Positions 8,372-16,179 of a DNA stretch of 32,000 nucleotides are shown piece after piece. The notes below the pieces were generated by a model that saw only the letters and a program-made list of their open reading frames with translations, ran no database searches and was not told where the DNA came from. Source of the DNA: Thermococcus kodakarensis KOD1 (GTDB lineage Archaea; Methanobacteriota_B; Thermococci; Thermococcales; Thermococcaceae). The DNA is taken from contig NC_006624.1 of assembly GCF_000009965.1 (NCBI RefSeq), forward strand, positions 1,230,001 through 1,262,000. Reading direction: 5' to 3'. Made by a program: the position numbers and the translations under genes. Position 1 is the first letter of the stretch; every line of letters starts with the position of its first letter.

Positions 8372-9646
8372 CTAACAGACCTCCCTAACTCTCCCGTGAT
8401 ACGCCATAGGCTCCTCGTAGAACTCCTCTATGAGCCTCTGAAGCCTCCTAGACAGCTCAATCTGCTTGCCCCAGGAGCCCTCAATCTTTCCCTTCGCGGC
8501 CATTCTGCCGAGGAACTTCTTCATCTCATCGCTTAGAGGTGATGGCCTGCACCTCGACCATGGAGTTCCCGGAAGGGGCATGAAGTAGTGCGCCCGTACC
8601 TTTCCACCCTTTGCCATAATCCACTTCATCAGCTCGATGCTCTTTCTCTGGCTTTCCCTGGTCTCGTTTGGCAGTCCAACAATGAAGTCAACAACAGGCT
8701 CAAAGCCGTATTCAAGCATATACTCAACAGCCCTCTGGACATGCTCGACCCTATGAAGTCTGTGCATCGCCTTTAGCATGGCGTCGTCACCGCTCTGTGC
8801 ACCTATGGCCAGTCTCCTGTTGTCGGCGTAGTCTATGAGAAGTTCGAGGGTTTCAGGTAGAACAAACTCCGGCCTTACTTCGCTCGGAAACGTCCCGTAG
8901 AACAGTCTCCTGCCCTCCTTCCTCAGCGGCTGAAGGGCCTTTAAAAGGGCCTCAAGTTTGTCGAGTTTTAAGATTGCACCCGGGCTTCCGTAAGCAAAGG
9001 CGTTCGGCGTTATGTAACGCATGTCCTTCATTCTCTTCGAGTACTTAACGATCTGGTCTATCGGCCTGTGCCTCATGCGGAAACCCTTAATGTAGGGTGT
9101 CTGACAGTAGTAGCAGCCGAAGGGACATCCGCGGGTGATTTCTATCGGCGAAATCAGGCGAACGCTCTCGGGGTAAGGCGGGAAGCGCCAGAAGTTCTCG
9201 ACCTTTGCAAAGCCAGTAAACACAAAATCCCCGTTTAAGTAGAACGCAAGACCCGTAATGTTGGCGAGCTCTTTTGTGATTCTGTAGCCCGTCTTCTTTA
9301 GAGTCGTGAGGAGCTGGTAGAGAACCTCTTCCCCCTCACCAATGACCGCTATGTCAAAACCGAGCACATTTAACGTATGTTTTGGCATGGCTATCGCATG
9401 ATAGCCCCCCGCAACTAATAGAGCCCCCCGTTCCTTTAAAAGTCTGATTTCATCCCTCAACGAGCCCCAGATCTCCTCGGTGAAGAAAGAGTACAGGACA
9501 ACTTTAGGTTTAGCTCTGAGTATTTCATTGAAATCCTTGGTGATCAGGAGCTCTCCTAGATCAAAGCCCTGACTCTCCAGGGCACCGAGAAGGTGAACGA
9601 ACGCGTTGTGGTTCCTCTTAGTCATCCTTACGGCTATCTCCGGCAT
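8372..9646 (-). CDS. B12-binding-domain / radical SAM protein
   Basis: The CX3CX2C cluster motif is RGCPFGCYYCQTP, and the N-terminal Rossmann-like part (LLVAGGYHAIAMP) is B12-binding-like. I moved the start to ATG 9646 (MPEIAV...) because the tracked extension runs through the histone terminator. Confidence 0.85.
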   Translation of the reverse strand: MPEIAVRMTKRNHNAFVHLLGALESQGFDLGELLITKDFNEILRAKPKVVLYSFFTEEIWGSLRDEIRLLKERGALLVAGGYHAIAMPKHTLNVLGFDIAVIGEGEEVLYQLLTTLKKTGYRITKELANITGLAFYLNGDFVFTGFAKVENFWRFPPYPESVRLISPIEITRGCPFGCYYCQTPYIKGFRMRHRPIDQIVKYSKRMKDMRYITPNAFAYGSPGAILKLDKLEALLKALQPLRKEGRRLFYGTFPSEVRPEFVLPETLELLIDYADNRRLAIGAQSGDDAMLKAMHRLHRVEHVQRAVEYMLEYGFEPVVDFIVGLPNETRESQRKSIELMKWIMAKGGKVRAHYFMPLPGTPWSRCRPSPLSDEMKKFLGRMAAKGKIEGSWGKQIELSRRLQRLIEEFYEEPMAYHGRVREVC

Positions 9647-9702
9647 GGGTTCAGAACAGTAAAAGGGTCTTAAAATGATAACGGTAGGGAAACGAGAAGA
9701 GC

Positions 9703-9728
9703 AAAAGCGGAAAAGGGCCAAAAAGGCC
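9703..9728 (-). terminator. histone gene terminator (T-runs with a GGCC-T5-GGCC hairpin)
   Basis: The minus strand reads GGCCTTTTTGGCCCTTTTCCGCTTTTGC immediately after the stop at 9730. Confidence 0.6.
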
Positions 9729-9729
9729 T

Positions 9730-9933
9730 TCAGGCCTTGATGGCAAGCTTGATGTCCTCAGCCTTGACGGTCTTCCTGCCAGCGTGCCTGGCGAAATCGA
9801 CGGCCTTCTTGCTGAGCTCGATGGCGTACTCCTCAAGGTACTCGGCGAGAACCTTGGCGGCATCCTCACTGACCCTCTCAGCGCCAGCCTTCCTTATAAG
9901 CCTGTCAACCGGGGCAATCGGAAGCTCGGCCAT
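9730..9933 (-). CDS. archaeal histone (HMf family)
   Basis: The 67-aa [67 protein letters not shown] is a textbook archaeal histone fold. A GGAGGTG RBS is present. Confidence 0.97.
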   Translation of the reverse strand: MAELPIAPVDRLIRKAGAERVSEDAAKVLAEYLEEYAIELSKKAVDFARHAGRKTVKAEDIKLAIKA

Positions 9934-9982
9934 TCACAACACCTCCTTAAAGGGCTTTTCATTAAGCTTTAGGCAATTGGAG

Positions 9983-9992
9983 ATATATAAAG
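9983..9992 (-). promoter_or_regulatory. TATA box of histone gene
   Basis: The minus strand reads CTTTATATATCTCC about 50 nt upstream of the ATG at 9933. Confidence 0.6.
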
Positions 9993-10228
9993 ATTTCGGT
10001 AAACGGAGCTATTTCTCAGGGTCTAACAACGAATGAACCCTTAGATACATCCAATTTTCAGAGATGAGTGCTACTAATAATTTAATCATGACCTCAATTC
10101 AGGAGAGGGAAACTAAACCCTATCAAAGGGCTTACCCAGGTGAAGTGGTTTAATTGGATTTAAAGGTGTTTAAAAAGTAAAAAACCAAAGACAACCATTC
10201 TAAGCGGAGTGGATTATAATCGGGCCAG

Positions 10229-10243
10229 AAAAAACAATGAAAA
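10229..10243 (-). terminator. oligo-T terminator after dut
   Basis: The minus strand reads CGTTTTCATTGTTTTTTCTGG about 30 nt after the stop. Confidence 0.5.
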
Positions 10244-10271
10244 CGAACAAACAGCTGATTACCAACGTCGG

Positions 10272-10739
10272 TTACCGTTTCCTTTTTGAGAGCGCTAGAT
10301 GTTTGCTTCCCTGGTAATTTCCACGATAGGGGTTTTTAGCAGGCCCCTCCAGCCGGATAAACGCTATCTGAACAAAGCGCTCGCCGTATTTGAGTTCCAC
10401 AGACTCGTTGGAAGCGTTGAACAGGGCTAGAGTGAGATTTCCATCCCATCCAGGGTCAACCCAGGCAAAAGAACCGATTAAGCCCTCTCTGGCTAGACTG
10501 CTCCTAAGCTTCATGTCGCCCATTACATCATCCGGAAGCTTGATCCTCTCGAGAGTCAAAACCAAGGCGTAAGTCTTTGGGGGTATTGTAACTCCCCCTG
10601 AATCCTTAACGTCGAGTATTTTACCATTTACGTAAGCTTCGCCTCCAACCCTTAGGTCATATCCTGCAGGCTGCAGGGATTCTTCACTGAAAGGCTCGAT
10701 CAAAATTTCCTTTCTAATCTTCCAATCGGGAAGCATCAT
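10272..10739 (-). CDS. dut: dUTP diphosphatase of the dCTP-deaminase/dUTPase superfamily
   Basis: The 155-aa protein (MMLPDWKIRKEILIEPFSEESLQPAGYDLRVG...SFAWVDPGWDGNLTL) is nearly collinear with the Pyrococcus furiosus dUTPase as I remember it. Confidence 0.88.
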   Translation of the reverse strand: MMLPDWKIRKEILIEPFSEESLQPAGYDLRVGGEAYVNGKILDVKDSGGVTIPPKTYALVLTLERIKLPDDVMGDMKLRSSLAREGLIGSFAWVDPGWDGNLTLALFNASNESVELKYGERFVQIAFIRLEGPAKNPYRGNYQGSKHLALSKRKR

Positions 10740-10852
10740 TTAGACCACCGAAAGAGCTATATAAGTGAGAACTATAAAAACCGCACGGCCGAGGATGAGC
10801 GGTTTGGCCCGGCACTGACCTGTGCTGAGGGCCACCACATCTGAGGCGGGAT

Positions 10853-10930
10853 GGGCCGGTGGCCTAGTCTGGACGGGGCGTCGGCCTCCGGAGCCGAAGG
10901 TCGCGGGTTCGAATCCCGCCCGGCCCGCCA
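10853..10930 (+). tRNA. tRNA-Arg (anticodon CCG), CCA encoded
   Basis: Hand-folded cloverleaf: acceptor GGGCCGG/CCGGCCC, D stem GCCT/GGGC, anticodon stem TCGGC/GCCGA with loop CT-CCG-GA, T arm GCGGG-TTCGAAT-CCCGC, discriminator G, CCA. Confidence 0.92.
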
Positions 10931-11403
10931 TAGAAACTTTGCTGGGCAAAGTTTCATCAAAAATCGAATGTCCTTTTGAGTGCCCAGCTTTTCAGTGATT
11001 CTCACCATAAATTGGAAATCCTCAAGGGGTTACTCACAGTATAACGCCCAAAGGGCGTTAAAAATAAAAAACCCACACTTCTCTGCCTATTCATTGCGAG
11101 AATCCCCCAATCCACAGCCAATTTTCAAGGACATTCAAGCTTTTGGTGAAGCTTTTTTCAAAAGCTTCCTGCGCGAAGTTTGATGAAGGTTTGTGGTTCC
11201 TTTTGAAATTGCCCTTCTACAAGGAAATCCTCTCAAAATGACCCGTCAGACAAGAACCACAAACTTTGCCTTGCAAAGTTTCTTTGGTCAAGCTTTTCCC
11301 AAAAGCTTGCTGTGCGACGTTGAAGCTCCGCTTCAATGCACGGGACGATAGTCCCATTGAGTTTGATCAAGGTTCGTAGCTCTTTTCCAGAATGTCAATT
11401 CAC
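10931..11403. repeat. hairpin-rich non-coding module, copy 1 (homologous to 19484-20099)
   Basis: It is collinear with copy 2 from the first base after CCA, and the first 31 nt are identical. It contains perfect hairpins at 10933-10955, 11042-11060, 11148-11168, 11261-11281, 11289-11309 and 11320-11336. No RBS-preceded ORF is present. Confidence 0.8.
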
Positions 11404-11530
11404 TATGATTCTCTCAACAAACGGCTGTTCTTGAACGCGAGAACCCTTAATCAACTTCAAGACGAAGCTTTCCAGAAACCCAGTGAAGAATTCTCATCCA
11501 AGAATATAGAGAAAATAGGGGAAGAGGACT

Positions 11531-11851
11531 TCAGCCGAAGAGGGCGCCGAGACCGGCGAGGGCCTCCTCCTCGCTGGCCTCCTCCTCTTCTTCCTCTTCC
11601 TCCTCCTGGGCAGCCTCAGCGGCACCGCCCTCGGCGGCCGGAGCGGCGGCAACTGCAACCGGAGCGGCGACCGGCATAGCTGCCTTCTCGATGACCTCGT
11701 CGATGTTGACGCCCTCGAGAGCGGCAACGAGAGCCTTTATCCTGGCCTCATCCGGGGTAACACCAGCGGCCTCAAGGACTGCCTTGAGGTTCTCCTCAGT
11801 TATCTCCTTACCAGCGGCGTGGAGCAGCAGAGCGGCATACACGTACTCCAT
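11531..11851 (-). CDS. rpl12: 50S ribosomal stalk protein P1 (L12)
   Basis: [17 protein letters not shown]... is followed by an Ala-rich hinge and the acidic tail [23 protein letters not shown]. The start was moved to ATG 11851, behind a GGAGGTG RBS. Confidence 0.93.
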   Translation of the reverse strand: MEYVYAALLLHAAGKEITEENLKAVLEAAGVTPDEARIKALVAALEGVNIDEVIEKAAMPVAAPVAVAAAPAAEGGAAEAAQEEEEEEEEEASEEEALAGLGALFG

Positions 11852-11921
11852 CTTTCGCACCTCCAATCATCTTCATCCTTTTTTCTTTTATCACGGGTTG
11901 AGGGATACATGGGAAAGGAAA

Positions 11922-12944
11922 TCAGCCGAAGAGCGCGCCCAGTCCAGCGAGCGCGTCCTCCTCAGAGGCTTCCTCCTCTTCCTCTTCTTCCTCCGCCTCC
12001 TCAACCTTCTCCTCGGTCGGCTGAGGAGCGGCGGCAACTGCCATTTGTGCCTGAGCGTTTAAAAGTTCTTTGGTCTTCTCGTCGAGCAGATCCTCAGGCA
12101 GGTTCTGTGCTATGAGCAGGACGGCACGTATAGCCCTGCCAAAGATATCCTCCACAGTGTCCTTGGTGATGTAGCCAGCCTCGACTGCAACGTTCTTCGC
12201 TCCGAGATAGGCTTTCTGGAGGATGGCCTCGATTGTCTGCTTGGTCGGGTAGGCTATGTTGACTGACAGGTTGAACGCGTGCATGTAAGCCTTCTGGAGC
12301 ATGTTGATGTACTCGCTCTCGTCGATTGCAAGGACGTCTGGGGTGTAGACAATCCCGTCCTCGTAAGCAGCGAGCAGGTTGAGACCGACTTCGAGCGGCT
12401 CGATGCCGAGGGCGTTGAGGATCCTCGCGAGCTGCTCGGTTATGACTTCACCTGCCTTAAGGACGGTGTAGTCCTTCTGGATGCTGACCTTACCCTTCTC
12501 AATCCTCGCCGGAATGCCAAGGGCCTGCATCTCACCAACGAGCGGGCCTGGGGCTAGTGACGTCGGCCCAGCGGGAATTACAACATCCTTTGGAACGACT
12601 GCACCGGCTTTAGCAGGAGCCGGGGTCTTGCTCTCCTCAAGGAGCTTGTAGAGCTTGAACGGGTTCATTTCGGTGGCGAGTATTGCAGCACCGCCCTGAA
12701 TGTGGTCGATGAGCTTCTCAAGCTCCGGCTGTCCAAGCTCCTGGGCAGCCCTCTTTATGGCGAGCTCTATGAGAGTGTTTCTGCTGACCCTGAGAAGGGC
12801 CTTACCGCGGAGCTTGTCACGCATCTTGCTGAGCGGGTACGCTGGGACACCGGCCACGTCAACGAGCGCTATCACTGGGTAGCTCTTGATGATGTTGGCA
12901 AGCTCTTCAACTTCCTTCTTCTTCCACTCTGCCACGTGAGCCAT
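11922..12944 (-). CDS. rpl10: 50S ribosomal stalk protein P0 (uL10)
   Basis: [24 protein letters not shown]... ends in the same acidic tail, ...[25 protein letters not shown] 12944 is preferred over the GTG at 12953. Confidence 0.93.
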
Positions 12945-12949
12945 CTCCC

Positions 12950-13600
12950 TCACCTCTCAACCTTAACGGCCGGGCCCATTGTGGTCTTGATGTACACTGA
13001 CTTCACCTGGTTTTCACCGCGCTCAAGCTTGTTGATGATGGCGTTGAGCACCGCCTCGGCGTTCTCGGCAAGCTTCTCGTCGTCCATGTCCTCGGTTCCT
13101 ATTGGGGCATGAACTACAGGGTTGTTCTTGAGCTGTATCCTGACGGTCTTTTTGAGCTTCTCAACGATAGGCTCGAGGTTGGTCATTGTCGGCGGGACAA
13201 CCACTGGCATCTTGTTCCTCGGACCGAGGTACCTACCCAGGTACCTACCGATCTTCGGCATCAGCGGAGCCGCTGCTATGAAGAAGTCGTATTTTTTAGC
13301 GAGTTTTCTGGCCTGGCGTGGGCTCTTAGCCAGCTCCTCCAGCTCCTCACCACTAATCACATCAAGCCCGAGCTTTTTAGCCGCCTCGGCCACGGCACCA
13401 TCAGCGATGACCGCGATCTTTGGCTCCTTCCCACGACCGTGGGGCAGCACAACCTCAAGCTTAAACCTGTTCTCCGGCTTGCGGAGATCCACATCCTTGA
13501 GGTTGACTGCCATCTCGACGGTCTGTGTGAAGTTGCGCGGCTTAGCCCGGGCCTTCGCCTCCTTCACCGCTTCCACGAGTTTCTGCCTGTCGAAGGCCAC
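12950..13600 (-). CDS. rpl1: 50S ribosomal protein L1 (uL1), GTG start
   Basis: (M)[37 protein letters not shown]... is an L1 family N-terminus. A GAGGGAGGG RBS is present. Confidence 0.93.
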
Positions 13601-13663
13601 TTTACAGCCCTCCCTCTCATTTTCGTTGATTTAAACAGCCAAACGGAGAATCAAAGATGCCTT

Positions 13664-13672
13664 TAGGAATGT
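13664..13672 (-). promoter_or_regulatory. TATA box for the L1-P0-P1 unit
   Basis: The minus strand reads AAACTTTAAAAACAC in the 113-nt L11-L1 spacer, downstream of a T5 run (13703-13707) that could terminate L11 transcripts. Confidence 0.45.
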
Positions 13673-13713
13673 GTTTTTAAAGTTTTCCCCAAACGGGAAG
13701 GGAAAAAGAGGCC

Positions 13714-14211
13714 TCACTGGGCCTCCTCAGCCTTTGCAAAGAGCTCGTCATAGACACCCTCGTCGATCTCTCTCTGAACTTCCCTGGGATCCTTGCCCTC
13801 AACGGTAACGCCCATGCTGAGCGCAGTTCCGATGACCTCCTTGGCGGCAGCCTTAAGGTTCGGTGCGAGCATCTGGTCGATCTTCATCTTGGCTATCTTG
13901 ATGACCTGCTCCATTGTAAGGTTGCCCGCGGGAGTGTGGCCGGCTTCGCTTGAGCCCTTCGGAATGCCGAGCTCCTTCTTGATAAGCTGGCTCGTCGGCG
14001 GGATACCGACCTCGATGCGGAAGGTCTTCTTCTTGGGGTCCTCAACGATAATCTTGACGGGAACCTGCATTCCCTCGAACTCTTTGGTAGCCTTGTTGAT
14101 CTCGTCAACGACCTGCTTGACGTTGAGTCCGAGCGGACCGATAGCCGGACCAAGGGGCGGTCCGGGGGATGCCTTTCCACCTTCGACAAGAACTTCAACA
14201 ACCTGTGCCAT
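13714..14211 (-). CDS. rpl11: 50S ribosomal protein L11 (uL11)
   Basis: [23 protein letters not shown] is the L11 signature. Confidence 0.95.
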   Translation of the reverse strand: MAQVVEVLVEGGKASPGPPLGPAIGPLGLNVKQVVDEINKATKEFEGMQVPVKIIVEDPKKKTFRIEVGIPPTSQLIKKELGIPKGSSEAGHTPAGNLTMEQVIKIAKMKIDQMLAPNLKAAAKEVIGTALSMGVTVEGKDPREVQREIDEGVYDELFAKAEEAQ

Positions 14212-14245
14212 TTATCTCACCTCTCAAACTTAGTCCTGTTGCCCG

Positions 14246-14704
14246 TCACTCCTTCTGGCGTTTGCTTATAAGTCTAACGTATTCTCCCCTAACAGTCACG
14301 GGGATTGGCACCACAGAGCTGACGAGTTCGACGACTATTTCATCCTTACTCTCGTCAACGCGGACAACCTTGGCTTTCTCACCCTTGAAGGGACCTGCAA
14401 TGAGCTCGACGATGTCTCCTGGCTCGAATCCGCTGACTGCCGGCTTCTCCTCGAGGAAGTGCTCTATCTCACTGAAGGGTATCTCCCCTGGCAGAACGCG
14501 CTTTGCATGCCTGATGCCCCTGATTGCTTCCTCAACGGCACTCTTGTTGGGAGCCTCGATGAAGATGTAGCCTTTAACCTTGCTTGGAGAGAGGATAGCA
14601 TAAAGGGGCAGGTTGTAAGTCTTGGCCTTGCTATAGATGAGATTGGCCGTGGTTGTCTCCTGACCAACGGTTACGCTCACTGTGAATATCTTTCCCTCTG
14701 CCAT
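14246..14704 (-). CDS. spt5: transcription elongation factor Spt5 (NusG)
   Basis: An NGN domain ([11 protein letters not shown]...GYIFIEA) plus a KOW domain ([22 protein letters not shown]), in the conserved position between secE and L11. Confidence 0.93.
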
Positions 14705-14726
14705 GTGTATTCACCTTTTAGAGCCG

Positions 14727-14912
14727 TTAGGAGCCCGTCACGAGGTAGCCTATTATTCTTATTATCATGCCAATGGTTCCAATAAGGATCATACCGATGC
14801 CAGTTATCTTAGCAGCAAGCTTGAACTCCTTCATTCCTGGCTTCTTTGTAACGAGCAGTACCCTCTTGGACTCCGCCAGGAAGGACTTGACCTTTTCGGT
14901 GAACTCTGCCAT
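14727..14912 (-). CDS. secE: protein translocase subunit SecE / Sec61-gamma
   Basis: 61 aa with a single C-terminal TM helix (ITGIGMILIGTIGMIIRIIGYL), located upstream of spt5. Confidence 0.85.
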   Translation of the reverse strand: MAEFTEKVKSFLAESKRVLLVTKKPGMKEFKLAAKITGIGMILIGTIGMIIRIIGYLVTGS

Positions 14913-14942
14913 CCTTACCCCTCCTTAAAAAGATTTCATGAA

Positions 14943-16064
14943 TTAAAGCTCGTCGAGGTCGAGCTTTATCGGCCTTCTCTCCTCCTCACCAAAGTATGAC
15001 TCCTCCTCTTCCTCGGCAACTGAATAAGGTGAACTGACACCTGTGACGACGAGGAGGATCCTTATCATCTTGCCGAGCTCTTCGTCAAGCTGGATACCCC
15101 AGATGACCTGAGCCTCTGGATCGAGCTTGCTGGTGACGAGCTCTATGATCTGCTGGGCCTCCTCAAGCTTGACGTCGCTTCCGCTGATGCTTATGAGAGC
15201 GCCCTTGGCACCGCTGATGTCAACGTCGAGGAGCGGACTGTTGAGGGCCTGCTGAGCGGCTTCAAGAGCACGCTTCTCGCTGTCACTCTCACCGATACCG
15301 ATCATTGCAACGCCGCCGTCCTTCATAACGGCCCTAACGTCGTTGAAGTCGAGGTTGACGAGGCCAGGCTTGGTGATGAGCTCGGTTATGCCCTTGACCG
15401 CCTGGACGAGTATCTCGTCGGCGACCTTGAAGGCCATGTGGATCGGCAGGTTCGGAGCAACCTCCATGAGCTTGTCGTTCGGGATTACTATGACGGTGTC
15501 GGTGTTCTTCTTGAGCCTTTCAAGGCCGTACTCGGCGTTCTTGATTCTCCTTATGCCCTCGACGGTGAACGGAAGGGTAACGACTGCCACCGTCAAAGCT
15601 CCCATCTTCTTTGCGATCTCCGCAACGACCGGGGCGGCTCCAGTACCGGTTCCGCCGCCGAGACCGCAGGTAATAAAGACCATGTCAGCGCCCTCGAGAG
15701 CCTCTCTAATTTCTCTCTCACTCTCTTTGGCTGCCTCCTCACCGATCTTTGGGTTGTTTCCAGCACCAAGCCCTCTGGTAAGCTCTTTACCGAGGAGGAT
15801 CTTTTTGTGAGCCCTAACCTTTAACAAATCCTGGGCATCGGTGTTCATAGCGATTATCTTGGCACCCTGGATTCCAACCTGCATCATCCTGTTTATCGTG
15901 TTGCAGCCCGCACCGCCAACACCGACGACATATATCTTCGCCTGAATCTGCTCAAGGAGCTTCTTAAGCTCCTCGTCAATATCGGATTGAGTTCTAACCT
16001 CAGGAGCGCTGGCCTGCGGAGCGGCGGAGGTCCTTTCAATCGCATCTTCAATCAGCTTTAACAT
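14943..16064 (-). CDS. ftsZ: cell division GTPase FtsZ
   Basis: Tubulin signature [19 protein letters not shown], plus [13 protein letters not shown]. The start was moved to ATG 16064 (MLKLIED...) behind GGAGGGTGAACCC. Confidence 0.95.
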   Translation of the reverse strand: MLKLIEDAIERTSAAPQASAPEVRTQSDIDEELKKLLEQIQAKIYVVGVGGAGCNTINRMMQVGIQGAKIIAMNTDAQDLLKVRAHKKILLGKELTRGLGAGNNPKIGEEAAKESEREIREALEGADMVFITCGLGGGTGTGAAPVVAEIAKKMGALTVAVVTLPFTVEGIRRIKNAEYGLERLKKNTDTVIVIPNDKLMEVAPNLPIHMAFKVADEILVQAVKGITELITKPGLVNLDFNDVRAVMKDGGVAMIGIGESDSEKRALEAAQQALNSPLLDVDISGAKGALISISGSDVKLEEAQQIIELVTSKLDPEAQVIWGIQLDEELGKMIRILLVVTGVSSPYSVAEEEEESYFGEEERRPIKLDLDEL

Positions 16065-16114
16065 GGGTTCACCCTCCAAACAGTTTAATTCCCTCAATTT
16101 TTGAGGGAGAGTGG

Positions 16115-16122
16115 TATATAAA
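16115..16122 (-). promoter_or_regulatory. TATA box of ftsZ
   Basis: The minus strand reads GTTTATATACC about 50 nt upstream of the ATG at 16064. Confidence 0.55.
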
Positions 16123-16179
16123 CATAGCTAACCCAAACTGAAGGGTAAATGGCCAGTATATCCTTTAAATGTTTCGGCC

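Noticed and set aside
9934-10271. A 338-bp AT-rich spacer between the histone gene and dut, considered as a replication origin or ncRNA locus
   Set aside because: I could find only short degenerate GGTTTAA/GATTTAA/GTTTAAA repeats and 4-5-bp stems. There are no ORB-like repeats or adjacent cdc6, and the histone promoter and dut terminator account for part of the spacer. Evidence is insufficient.
10740-11008. ORFs 10740-10949 and 10772-11008 (minus strand) overlapping tRNA-Arg
   Set aside because: They are read straight through a tRNA gene and its promoter, and no coding signal is present.
10931-11530. Possibility that the sub-repeats form a CRISPR array or leader
   Set aside because: There is no regular repeat-spacer periodicity. 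The repeated units are of unequal length and include palindromic hairpins, and no cas genes are present.
11392-11727. Pro/Arg-rich ORFs (11392-11679 plus strand, 11494-11727 minus strand) and 11819-12115
   Set aside because: These are off-frame or antisense readings of the GAG/GCC-rich acidic tail regions of P1 and P0.
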